From NCBI GenBank assembly GCA_016933745.1, contig JAFGAK010000166.1, positions 1-57,011 of the forward strand: a DNA stretch of 57,011 nucleotides, given 5' to 3'. The number at the start of each line of letters is the position of its first letter. The stretch's first letter is position 1. The notes beneath the pieces were generated by a model. That model made no database searches, had not been told where the DNA came from, and saw nothing but the letters and a program-made list of their open reading frames with translations. Positions 28,953 through 38,247 of this stretch are shown one piece after another. Source of the DNA: Bacteroidales bacterium. GTDB taxonomy: Bacteria > Bacteroidota > Bacteroidia > Bacteroidales > UBA12170. The translations under genes were made by a program, and so were the position numbers.

Positions 28953-30188
28953 ATGAAGAGTAATCAATTGAAAAGCAGATCACTTCTAATAGGAGCAATT
29001 ATTTTATTAATTACATCGATCAGTTGCAAACAAGTTAATAAAGAAAAAAAGGATCTCGAATCTAACATATCGATGGCTATTTCTGATACGCTAAAATGGT
29101 CAGAGCGCATGGCCTTATCAATTATGAAACGCCATCCAGAAGCCTATCAAATTGATGATAAAACAGAACCCAAATGGGATTATGTGCACGGATTGGTGCT
29201 TTCGGCGTTTCAAGATTTGTATAGCAAAACACAAAATCAAATCTATTACGATTATGTAAAAGGATATGCAGATATTTTGATTGATAGTACAGGAACTATT
29301 GCAACGTATAAGTTTTCTAATTTAAACATTGATATGATTGAGGCTGGAAATATTCTTTTTGAATTGTATAATTCAACCAAAGATCAAAAATACTTGACAG
29401 CTATGCAAACTTTGAGAAAGCAACTGGCTGAACAGCCCAGAACATCGGAAGGCGGTTTTTGGCATAAAAAAGTATATCCAAGTCAAATGTGGTTAGATGG
29501 TTTGTATATGGGAGAACCATTTTACACCAGATATACGGTTGAATTTGAAGCTGGGAATAGTTTAAATGATATTGCCAAACAGTTCGAACTAATTCAGAAA
29601 CATTTGTTGGATAAAAAAACAGGATTGCTTTATCACGGATGGGACGAAAGTAAAGCGATGGAATGGGCAAACCAAGAGACTGGAACTTCGCCAAATTTTT
29701 GGTCACGTTCCTTAGGTTGGTACGCCATGGCTTTGGTGGATGTGTTGGATTATTTTCCAAAAGATCATCCCAAACAAGCTGAATTAGTCGCGTATTTAAA
29801 TCAATTGGCTTCTGCACTTGCGAAATTTCAAGATGAATCCGGAATGTGGTATCAGGTTACGGATCAAGGAGGAAGAGAAGGAAATTACTTGGAATCAACA
29901 GGAACTTCTATGTTTGCTTATGCCTTGGCAAAAGGTGCTAATAAAGGATACTTGCCTCAAGAATACAATGAAATAGCAAACAAAGCCTTTGAAGGCTTAA
30001 CAAGCGAGCTAATTGTAGTAGCAGATGACGGTGAAATTACCATAACACAAGCTTGTGCAGTTGCAGGTTTAGGAGGCAATCCATATCGCGATGGTTCCTA
30101 TGAATATTATGTAAACGAGCGTAAAAAAGACAACGATCCAAAAGCAACAGGACCATTTATTCTAGCGGCTTTAGAATTGAATAAATAA
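28953..30188 (+). CDS. GH105 unsaturated (rhamno)galacturonyl hydrolase, lipoprotein
   Basis: WDYVHG, GGFWHK, QMWLDGLYM, HGWDE and WSRSLGW motifs. Confidence 0.93.
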   Translation: MKSNQLKSRSLLIGAIILLITSISCKQVNKEKKDLESNISMAISDTLKWSERMALSIMKRHPEAYQIDDKTEPKWDYVHGLVLSAFQDLYSKTQNQIYYDYVKGYADILIDSTGTIATYKFSNLNIDMIEAGNILFELYNSTKDQKYLTAMQTLRKQLAEQPRTSEGGFWHKKVYPSQMWLDGLYMGEPFYTRYTVEFEAGNSLNDIAKQFELIQKHLLDKKTGLLYHGWDESKAMEWANQETGTSPNFWSRSLGWYAMALVDVLDYFPKDHPKQAELVAYLNQLASALAKFQDESGMWYQVTDQGGREGNYLESTGTSMFAYALAKGANKGYLPQEYNEIANKAFEGLTSELIVVADDGEITITQACAVAGLGGNPYRDGSYEYYVNERKKDNDPKATGPFILAALELNK

Positions 30189-30194
30189 AATAGA

Positions 30195-31244
30195 ATGAGT
30201 ATTAAACCGATAAATACGGCTTTGTGTTCTTTTGGGATGAGCGGCTACGTTTTTCATGCCCCATTTATCTCTGTAAATCCTAAATTTAATTTTTATGGGG
30301 TTGTAGAAAGAACAAAAAACAATGCGCAAGAAAAATATCCATCTGTAAATACGTTCCGCTCATTGGCAGAAATGTTGGAAGATTCAGCGATCGAATTGGT
30401 GGTTGTTAACACACCAAGTATTACGCATTATGAATTTGCCAAGCAAGTAATCAATGCCGGCAAAAACATCGTTATTGAAAAACCTTTTACAGCAACCGTA
30501 AAACAAGCCAAAGAATTAATTCAACTGGCAAAAGAGAAGAGAGTAATGCTGTCGGTTTATCAGAATCGGAGATACGACAGTGATTTTAAAACGGTTAAGA
30601 AAATTTTAGAAGCAGGCGTACTCGGAAATATGGTCGATGTTGAAATTCATTACGATCGTTATGAACCAGTCCTGAGTTACAAAGTTCACAAAGAAACGCC
30701 AACAGCTGCTGTGGGAAGTTTGTACGATCTTGGATCTCATCTTATCGATCAAGCATTGGTGTTATTTGGTATGCCTCATTCGGTTTATGCTGATTTAAAT
30801 TCGTTTCGTCCCAATTCAAAAGTAACCGATTATTTTGATGTTAAATTATACTATCATTCCCATAAAGTAACACTCAAATCCAGCTATTTTGTTCGTGAAA
30901 TTTTACCAGGAAATATTTTCCACGGCACCAAAGGCTCTTTCATAAAATCGAAAGCGGATGTTCAAGAAAAAGAACTTCAAGCCGGAAAAATGCCCGGAAA
31001 GGCAGATTGGGGGAAGGAACCGGAAAGTGCTAAGGGATTATTGCATACGGAAAAAGATGAAAAAATCATCAAAGAATATATCCCAAGCTTTAATGGTGAT
31101 TATATGGAATATTATGATGGGATTTATGACGCATTGCGAAATGGTAAATCTGTTCCTGTATCAGGGGAAGAAGGAATGAATGTCATAAAAGTGGTTGAAG
31201 CCGCATTAAAAAGTCATCAGGAAAAGAGAGTAATTGAACTATGA
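30195..31244 (+). CDS. Cytoplasmic Gfo/Idh/MocA oxidoreductase (YdgJ/IolW-like)
   Basis: SFGMSGYVFHAP, IEKP, YQNRRYD and DLGSHLIDQ motifs; no signal peptide. Confidence 0.9.
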   Translation: MSIKPINTALCSFGMSGYVFHAPFISVNPKFNFYGVVERTKNNAQEKYPSVNTFRSLAEMLEDSAIELVVVNTPSITHYEFAKQVINAGKNIVIEKPFTATVKQAKELIQLAKEKRVMLSVYQNRRYDSDFKTVKKILEAGVLGNMVDVEIHYDRYEPVLSYKVHKETPTAAVGSLYDLGSHLIDQALVLFGMPHSVYADLNSFRPNSKVTDYFDVKLYYHSHKVTLKSSYFVREILPGNIFHGTKGSFIKSKADVQEKELQAGKMPGKADWGKEPESAKGLLHTEKDEKIIKEYIPSFNGDYMEYYDGIYDALRNGKSVPVSGEEGMNVIKVVEAALKSHQEKRVIEL

Positions 31245-32860
31245 AAAATAGCATAATCCTGCTTTTATTATTCAGTGTTGTTGGTGCATTTGCCCAGCAA
31301 ACAATGGCTCTATCAAAAGTATGGGTTGCTGATCAAAGTAACGGAACCTATAAAAATCCCATTTTGCACGCAGATTATTCCGATCCCGATGTCATTCGGG
31401 TAGGTGACGATTTTTATATGACAGCTTCTTCCTTCAATTGTGTTCCCGGTTTACCAATTCTTCATTCTAAAGATATGGTGAATTGGGAGTTGGTCAATTA
31501 TGCACTTCAAAAATTAACTCCTCCCGAAGTGTTTGATAAACCACAACACGGAAAAGGTGTTTGGGCGCCTTGTATTCGTTATCACGATCAAGAGTTTTAC
31601 ATTTATTATCCTGATCCAGACTATGGTATTTTTCTGGTAAAAGCAAAAGATCCAAAAGGGGAGTGGTCGGAGCCGATTCTAGTAAAAGCAGGAAAAGGAT
31701 TAATCGATCCAACACCTTTGTGGGATGATGATGGCAAGGTTTATTTAGCTTATGCTTTTGCTGGTAGCAGAGCCGGAATAAAGAGTTTGTTAGTGGTTTG
31801 CACCATGAATGAAGCTGGAACGAAAGCAAATAATGACGAGGTATTAATCATTGACGGACATAGAGATGAACCAACCATCGAAGGTCCTAAATTGTATAAA
31901 CGAAACGGCTATTATTATATTTTTGCTCCTGCCGGTGGTGTTCCAACCGGTTGGCAAACCGTGTTGAGATCAAAGAATATTTTTGGTCCTTACGAAAAGA
32001 AAAAAGTATTGGAGCAAGGGAATACCGCTATTAATGGGCCGCATCAAGGAGCTTGGGTGCAAACACAAAATGGTGAAGATTGGTTTTTTCATTTTCAAGA
32101 TAAAGGTACTTATGGCCGAATCGTTCATTTACAACCCATGAAATGGATCAGTGATTGGCCGATTATTGGTTCAGACAAGGACGGTGATGGAGTCGGAGAG
32201 CCTGTTTTATATTATAAAAAACCGAACGTTGGTAAAACTTTTACCGTTTCAACTCCGCCTGAATCGGATGAATTTAATAGTGCAGAATTAAGTTTGCAAT
32301 GGCAATGGCAGGCTAACCCGGAAGTCTATTGGGGATTCCCTTCAAGTTTAGGATATTATACCTTGTATTGCCGTCCTATGCCCAAAGTGGCAACTAATCT
32401 GTATGATGTCCCCAATTTATTATTGCAAAAATTTCCAGCTGAAGAATTTACGGCTACTGCTAAAATGACTTTCAATGCGCGTTCTGATAGTGAGCAAGTA
32501 GGTTTCCTTGTGATGGGGTTGGATTATAGTTATATCAAAGTTCAGCAAAAAAAGAAGGAACTCTATGTATCACAGGTAATTTGCGAGAATGCCGATAAAA
32601 ATGGAGCCGAAAAGGAAAGCGAGGCTATTCCGTTAAGAACCAATTCGATTTTCACACAAGTGAAAGTCAGCACAGGTGGAATATGTGAGTTTTTTATAAG
32701 CGAAAATGGAGCAGATTTTAAAAAAATCGGATCCAATTTTACAGCTAGAGAAGGAAAATGGATAGGAGCTAAAATAGGTTTTTTTGCACTTAGAGAAGGA
32801 ATAGTTTACGATGCCGGAAGTGTTGAGATCGACTGGTTTCGAATAGATGAAAATAAATAA
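31241..32860 (+). CDS. GH43 (subfamily 10-like) beta-xylosidase/arabinofuranosidase
   Basis: DYSDPDV, WAP, IDP and IEGP motifs; C-terminal beta-sandwich; signal peptide. Subfamily assignment is tentative. Confidence 0.88.
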   Translation: MKNSIILLLLFSVVGAFAQQTMALSKVWVADQSNGTYKNPILHADYSDPDVIRVGDDFYMTASSFNCVPGLPILHSKDMVNWELVNYALQKLTPPEVFDKPQHGKGVWAPCIRYHDQEFYIYYPDPDYGIFLVKAKDPKGEWSEPILVKAGKGLIDPTPLWDDDGKVYLAYAFAGSRAGIKSLLVVCTMNEAGTKANNDEVLIIDGHRDEPTIEGPKLYKRNGYYYIFAPAGGVPTGWQTVLRSKNIFGPYEKKKVLEQGNTAINGPHQGAWVQTQNGEDWFFHFQDKGTYGRIVHLQPMKWISDWPIIGSDKDGDGVGEPVLYYKKPNVGKTFTVSTPPESDEFNSAELSLQWQWQANPEVYWGFPSSLGYYTLYCRPMPKVATNLYDVPNLLLQKFPAEEFTATAKMTFNARSDSEQVGFLVMGLDYSYIKVQQKKKELYVSQVICENADKNGAEKESEAIPLRTNSIFTQVKVSTGGICEFFISENGADFKKIGSNFTAREGKWIGAKIGFFALREGIVYDAGSVEIDWFRIDENK

Positions 32861-34935
32861 TGAATAAAATGAATTTTTTTAAAAGTATTTTAATTAGCGT
32901 TGTAGTTGTTAGTTTATCAATTACAACACTTCAAGCTCAAGTACACGATAAATCTTGGGAAAGTATTACAAATAAAGAAGAAGGTCCTTGGTTTGCTTCA
33001 AAAGAAGCGATTGCAATAGCTGAAAATGTCTTACTTTATCAGCGAAATATTGGTGGTTGGGAAAAAAATATTCAAATGCAAAAGCCTCTTACGGAAGCTC
33101 AAAAGCAAGAATTAATCAACCTGAAAGATAATCCCAAAGGTTGTACAACCGATAATGGTGCTACCTACAAAGAGATGGTTTTTCTTTCTAAAATGTATCG
33201 TCAAGTTCCAGATGAAAGATACAAAACAGCATTCCTGAAAGGACTTGATTATATTTTAGAGGCACAATATGACAATGGCGGATGGCCACAGTTTTATCCG
33301 TTAAAAAAAGGATATTATACACATATCACTTTTAACGACGATTCACAAGTGAATATTCTTAAAGTTCTGGAAGAAATTAAAAACAAAACAGATTATTTCT
33401 CAATAAAACCATCCGATGAAACCATTGAACGCGTAAAAGTCGCTTTTGATAAAGGTATCGATATCATCCTTAAAACCCAATACAAACAAAATGGAATATT
33501 GACCGCTTGGTGCGCCCAACATGATGAAAAGACTTTATTGCCAGCAAAGGCTCGTGCCTATGAACTTCCTTCGTTGAGTGGAAAAGAATCGGCTAAAATC
33601 GTGTTGATGTTAATGACAATAGAAAATCCATCTCAAGAGATTATAAATGCTGTAAATAGTGCAGTTGCTTGGTTCGATAAAGTAAAAATAACTGGACTAA
33701 GAGAAGACAAAACGTACAATGAAAAGGGAAAAATCATTGATAAGAAAATGGTACCGGATCCAAATGCTCCACCTATTTGGGCTCGATTTATGGAATTAGA
33801 AGATAACAAACCTTTTTTCTGTGATCGTGACGGAATAAAAAAAGCAACACTTGCCGAAATTGGCGATGAGCGTAGAAATGGTTATGGCTGGTATACCGAC
33901 GAACCCAAAGAGGTGTTCAAAAAATATGAAAGATGGAAAAAGAAATATTCTCCTGATACGGTAATTGAAAATGAAAAAGTAAAAAAAAAGCCCAAAAATG
34001 AATACAATGTAGTTGTATCTAAAGAGGGTAATGGCGATTATACGAGCATTCAAGAAGCAATTAATGGGGCCAAATCCTTTCCTGATCAACGGGTAGTAAT
34101 CACTATTAAAAATGGAGTTTATTACGAGAAAATAAGAATTCCGGAATGGAATACCAAGATTTCCTTGATTGGAGAAAGTAAGGAGAATACAATCATTACT
34201 TACGATGATTATTTTGCGAAGGTGAATCTAGGTAGAAACAGTACGTTTTATACCTATACTTTACTTGTTGAGGGCGATGATTTTTTTGCTTCTAATTTGA
34301 CCATACAAAACACGTCAGGAATTGTTGGACAAGCGGTTGCGCTTTCTGTTTTTGCGAATAGAGCTATCATTTCAAATTGTAGAATTTTAGGAAATCAAGA
34401 TACGCTATATGCTTCAGGCGAAGACAATAAACAGTATTTTAAAGATTGTTATATCGAAGGAACTACCGATTTTATTTTTGGAAAATCTACAGCATTATTT
34501 GAAAATTGTACGATTCATAGCAAAAAAAATTCCTATATCACGGCAGCCTCTACTCCAGAAAGCGTTGAATTTGGTTTTGTATTTAAAAATTGCAAGCTTA
34601 CTGCTGATGAGGATGTAAATGAAGTTTATTTAGGACGACCTTGGCGTATCTATGCCAAAACCGTTTTTATCAATTGCGACATGGGAAATCATATTCGGCC
34701 GGAAGGCTGGCATAATTGGTCTAAACCTGAAGCTGAAAAAAGCAGTTTCTATGCTGAATATAAAAACAATGGCGAAGGTTTTAAGCCTAGTGAACGAGTT
34801 TCATGGTCGCATCAATTAACAAAATCTCAAGCCAAAAAATATCGTATTCAAAATATTCTTGGAGAAGAAAAGAATCAAAAGCATCCTTTTTGGTTCCAAA
34901 ATAATGCATCAGAAATTGTAATTTTAACCAAATAG
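32860..34935 (+). CDS. Bifunctional PL10 pectate lyase - CE8 pectin methylesterase
   Basis: PL10 motifs TTDNGAT, GGWPQFYP, ITFNDD, WCAQHD and ARAYEL; CE8 motifs GQAVAL, GNQDTL, DFIFG and LGRPW. Confidence 0.93.
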   Translation: MNKMNFFKSILISVVVVSLSITTLQAQVHDKSWESITNKEEGPWFASKEAIAIAENVLLYQRNIGGWEKNIQMQKPLTEAQKQELINLKDNPKGCTTDNGATYKEMVFLSKMYRQVPDERYKTAFLKGLDYILEAQYDNGGWPQFYPLKKGYYTHITFNDDSQVNILKVLEEIKNKTDYFSIKPSDETIERVKVAFDKGIDIILKTQYKQNGILTAWCAQHDEKTLLPAKARAYELPSLSGKESAKIVLMLMTIENPSQEIINAVNSAVAWFDKVKITGLREDKTYNEKGKIIDKKMVPDPNAPPIWARFMELEDNKPFFCDRDGIKKATLAEIGDERRNGYGWYTDEPKEVFKKYERWKKKYSPDTVIENEKVKKKPKNEYNVVVSKEGNGDYTSIQEAINGAKSFPDQRVVITIKNGVYYEKIRIPEWNTKISLIGESKENTIITYDDYFAKVNLGRNSTFYTYTLLVEGDDFFASNLTIQNTSGIVGQAVALSVFANRAIISNCRILGNQDTLYASGEDNKQYFKDCYIEGTTDFIFGKSTALFENCTIHSKKNSYITAASTPESVEFGFVFKNCKLTADEDVNEVYLGRPWRIYAKTVFINCDMGNHIRPEGWHNWSKPEAEKSSFYAEYKNNGEGFKPSERVSWSHQLTKSQAKKYRIQNILGEEKNQKHPFWFQNNASEIVILTK

Positions 34936-34943
34936 ATAGAGCT

Positions 34944-36374
34944 ATGAAATCAGAAGACAATTATAAGCTAACGCGAAGGAATTTTATGAAAACAACAGGT
35001 GCTGCATTGGCAGGATCCATGCTTTTTTCACCGGCTTTAAGTCAGGCTTTTGAAAATGGGAACCACAAACGTAGAGTCGCTCTAGTAGGAACCGGAAGTA
35101 GAGGAACTTCCTTATACGGCAAATTCTTGCTTGAAGAATATGGCGATTTGGTTGATTTTGTTGGCTTATGCGATATCAACGAAGGAAGAGTTAAATATAC
35201 AAAAAAATTACTTGGAGTCGATTGCCCAACATTTACGGATTTTGATGATATGTTGGATAGGGTCCAAATCGATTTACTAATGGTAACAACGGTTGATGCA
35301 ACTCATCACGAATTCATCATTAAAGGCCTGCATAAAAATCTGGATGTACTCACCGAGAAACCCATGACTACGGATGAGCTTAAAAACCAGCAAATCATTA
35401 ATGCACAAAGAAATTCAAAAGGAAAATTGATTATGGCGTTTAATTATCGCTATGGGAAAGTATTTACAAAGCTCAAAGAAATGATCGATTCAAAAGAAAT
35501 TGGCGATCTAATTTCAGTCGACTTGCATTGGTATCTAAATACGTTTCACGGAGCTGATTATTTCAGACGTTGGCATGGTTTAAGAGATAAATCAGGAACT
35601 TTGCTTTTGCATAAATCTTCGCATCATTTCGATTTGCTAAATTGGATGATTGGTTCTGATCCGGTTGAAGTGTATGCCAATGGAGCTCTCGAAAAGTATG
35701 GAAAAAACAACGCTTTTAGAGGAAAAAATTGCAGAAATTGTGAGCATACGAAAGAGTGTACGTTTTATTTTGATATGACGAAAAACGAGAATTACATGAA
35801 TTTGTACGCCGCAAACGAAAAATACGATGGCTATTTAAGAGACAATTGTTTGTGGCGGGAGGAGATTGATATCTTTGATAAAATGTCGGTTTTAGTTAAA
35901 TATGCCAATAATGTGGAAGTGACCTATTCCTTGACGACCTATTCGCCATTTGAAGGTTTTCGTTTTGCTTTTAACGGCAAAGATGGTCGTATAGAAACTC
36001 AGGAAGGAATTCCGTGGAGAGAAGATCATCCGGAAGATCAGGAGAAACTTCACGAGAAGGAAATGGATCAATCATCGCATACAAAAAAGGAAGTTAAATA
36101 CCATGAAATCGTTTCGCAACGTAATTTCGAAGACTATAAAAGAATTGAATTTCCGTATGTCAGATCTGGGCATTGGGGTGGTGATAAATTGATGTTTGAT
36201 GAAATTTTTAGAGGGATAAACCCGAAACCGGAATTGAATCATGCTGCGAATGTTCGCGATGGTTCGATGGCTGTTTTAATTGGAATTGCTGCACGAAAAA
36301 GTATCGATTCCGGTTTGCCAATCAAGATTAAAGACCTGACCGATTTAGTTCCTCAAATGAATAAATGGTCGTGA
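34944..36374 (+). CDS. Tat-exported Gfo/Idh/MocA oxidoreductase (YteT-like)
   Basis: TRRNFMK twin-arginine signal; GTGSRG, TEKPM, HGADYFRRWH and HKSSHHFD motifs; CRNCEHTKEC cysteine cluster; GHWGGD. Confidence 0.87.
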   Translation: MKSEDNYKLTRRNFMKTTGAALAGSMLFSPALSQAFENGNHKRRVALVGTGSRGTSLYGKFLLEEYGDLVDFVGLCDINEGRVKYTKKLLGVDCPTFTDFDDMLDRVQIDLLMVTTVDATHHEFIIKGLHKNLDVLTEKPMTTDELKNQQIINAQRNSKGKLIMAFNYRYGKVFTKLKEMIDSKEIGDLISVDLHWYLNTFHGADYFRRWHGLRDKSGTLLLHKSSHHFDLLNWMIGSDPVEVYANGALEKYGKNNAFRGKNCRNCEHTKECTFYFDMTKNENYMNLYAANEKYDGYLRDNCLWREEIDIFDKMSVLVKYANNVEVTYSLTTYSPFEGFRFAFNGKDGRIETQEGIPWREDHPEDQEKLHEKEMDQSSHTKKEVKYHEIVSQRNFEDYKRIEFPYVRSGHWGGDKLMFDEIFRGINPKPELNHAANVRDGSMAVLIGIAARKSIDSGLPIKIKDLTDLVPQMNKWS

Positions 36375-37138
36375 TGAAGAAATTTGGTTTTATTTCGAAA
36401 TGGATCTTAGGATTGATCCTTGTTTTTAGCCTGGGTTGTAGTCAGCAAAATATCACTATATATACCATAGGCGATTCAACCATGGCCAACAAACCCAATC
36501 CTGAGGAAAATCCAGAACGGGGTTGGGCTCAAATGCTCCCGATGTTTTTTGATGAAAATGTTGTGATCGAAAATTACGCTGTAAACGGAAGAAGTACACG
36601 TAGTTTTATCGATGAAAAGCGTTGGGAAGAAGTATATAATAAGTTGAAGAAAGGCGATTATGTATTTATTCAATTTGGACACAACGATCAAAAAGAAAAC
36701 GATCCCAAACGTTATACAAATCCGCATACAGCTTATCGCAATAATTTAATTTTGTTTGTGAAAGAAACACGTAAAAAGGGCGCAATTCCAATCATTTTTT
36801 CTTCCATTGCTCGAAGAAATTTTAACGAAGTTGGAACCTTGGTTGATACACATGGCGAATATCCGATGGAAGCGCGATTGGTAGCACAAGAATTGAATGT
36901 TCCTTTTATCGATCTTCAGTCCCTTACGGAAAAGATGGAAGAAGCATATGGTGTAGAAAAATCGAAGGATTTACACTTGCACTACCAAGTCGGAGAAATT
37001 GCGTATTATCCAGATGGAAAAGAAGACAATACGCATCTTTCTGTTAAAGGAGCTACCGAAGTTGCTAAAATGGCTGTGATACAGTTGAAAGAATTAGATC
37101 TACCTTTATCAAAAAAAATAGTTCAGGAGATTGATTAG
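36374..37138 (+). CDS. CE12 pectin/rhamnogalacturonan acetylesterase (SGNH), lipoprotein
   Basis: GDST, NGRS, FGHND and DNTH blocks; TGATG overlap with the upstream stop places the start at 36374. Confidence 0.92.
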   Translation: MKKFGFISKWILGLILVFSLGCSQQNITIYTIGDSTMANKPNPEENPERGWAQMLPMFFDENVVIENYAVNGRSTRSFIDEKRWEEVYNKLKKGDYVFIQFGHNDQKENDPKRYTNPHTAYRNNLILFVKETRKKGAIPIIFSSIARRNFNEVGTLVDTHGEYPMEARLVAQELNVPFIDLQSLTEKMEEAYGVEKSKDLHLHYQVGEIAYYPDGKEDNTHLSVKGATEVAKMAVIQLKELDLPLSKKIVQEID

Positions 37139-37163
37139 TTAATTTTGAATGGATCAATAAAAA

Positions 37164-38114
37164 ATGGAAATCATTAAACAGAGTATTCTTAATTTGAAAA
37201 TACTCATGATCTGTTGTTTGCTCGGTATTACAAGTTTGAGTTCTGCTCAAACCGAAATTATTCCCGTTTGGAAGAATATGATTCCGGGTGCCGTTGCGAA
37301 TGACGATTATGAAGAAGTAGCGCTTTTTAAAGATGGAGTAGCTTATAACGTAAGTAAAGTTACAACACCTACCTTAAGCGTTTTTTTGCCCGAAAAAGGT
37401 GCATTGACTAGAGCCGCAGTTATTATTTGTCCGGGTGGAGGTTATTCCCATTTGGCCATGGATAAGGAAGGAACAAAAGTGGCTAAATGGCTTAATTCAC
37501 TCGGAATTGCTGCCTTTGTTTTAAAATACAGATTGCCAAGCGATTTGATTATGAGCGATAAAACAATCGGTCCTCTGCAAGACGCTCAGGAAGCCATGCG
37601 TGTTGTCAGAAGAAATGCAGAAAATTGGAATCTAGACGTTCATAAAATTGGAATCATGGGCTTTTCTGCCGGAGGTCATTTAGCAGCAACTTTATCAACT
37701 CATTCTAACGATAAAATTTACGAAACGATTGATAGTATTAGTGCGCGACCGGATTTCTCCATATTAATATACCCTGTAATTTCGATGAAAAATGAAATCA
37801 CTCATAAAGGTTCCCAAACGGATTTATTGGGTGAAAATCCTTCTCTTTCAATGATCGAAAAGTTTTCCAATGAATTGTGTGTAAATGCAGAAACACCACC
37901 CACTTTTCTGGTGCATGCTTCTGATGATCATTCCGTTCCGGTAGAAAATAGCATTGCGTATTATCAAGCACTTCTTAGAAATAACATTTCAGCTGAAATG
38001 CATGTATTCGAAAGGGGTGGTCATGGTTTTGGACTTGGAGTAAGAGAAAACAGTCCAAAATGGACTTTAATTTGCGAAAATTGGCTACGAATGAAAGAAT
38101 ATATAAGTAACTAA
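37164..38114 (+). CDS. Exported alpha/beta hydrolase (putative acetylesterase)
   Basis: CPGGGY, GFSAGG, DDHSVP and GGHGFG motifs; signal peptide. Confidence 0.85.
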   Translation: MEIIKQSILNLKILMICCLLGITSLSSAQTEIIPVWKNMIPGAVANDDYEEVALFKDGVAYNVSKVTTPTLSVFLPEKGALTRAAVIICPGGGYSHLAMDKEGTKVAKWLNSLGIAAFVLKYRLPSDLIMSDKTIGPLQDAQEAMRVVRRNAENWNLDVHKIGIMGFSAGGHLAATLSTHSNDKIYETIDSISARPDFSILIYPVISMKNEITHKGSQTDLLGENPSLSMIEKFSNELCVNAETPPTFLVHASDDHSVPVENSIAYYQALLRNNISAEMHVFERGGHGFGLGVRENSPKWTLICENWLRMKEYISN

Positions 38115-38160
38115 TCAAGTGAATTTTATATAAATTTATTTTATCGCTTGTAATTTTAAA

Positions 38161-38182
38161 TATATTTGTGCAATCGATTACC
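38161..38182 (+). promoter_or_regulatory. PL1 promoter: -7 box TATATTTG plus operator TGCAATCGATTACC
   Basis: Box at 38161-38168 abutting the operator at 38169-38182. Confidence 0.85.
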
Positions 38183-38247
38183 TGTTTTAAGAAATTTAAG
38201 CAAAAACTAGAGATTCGTAGAATCATCAATTAAATTTGTACTGAAAG

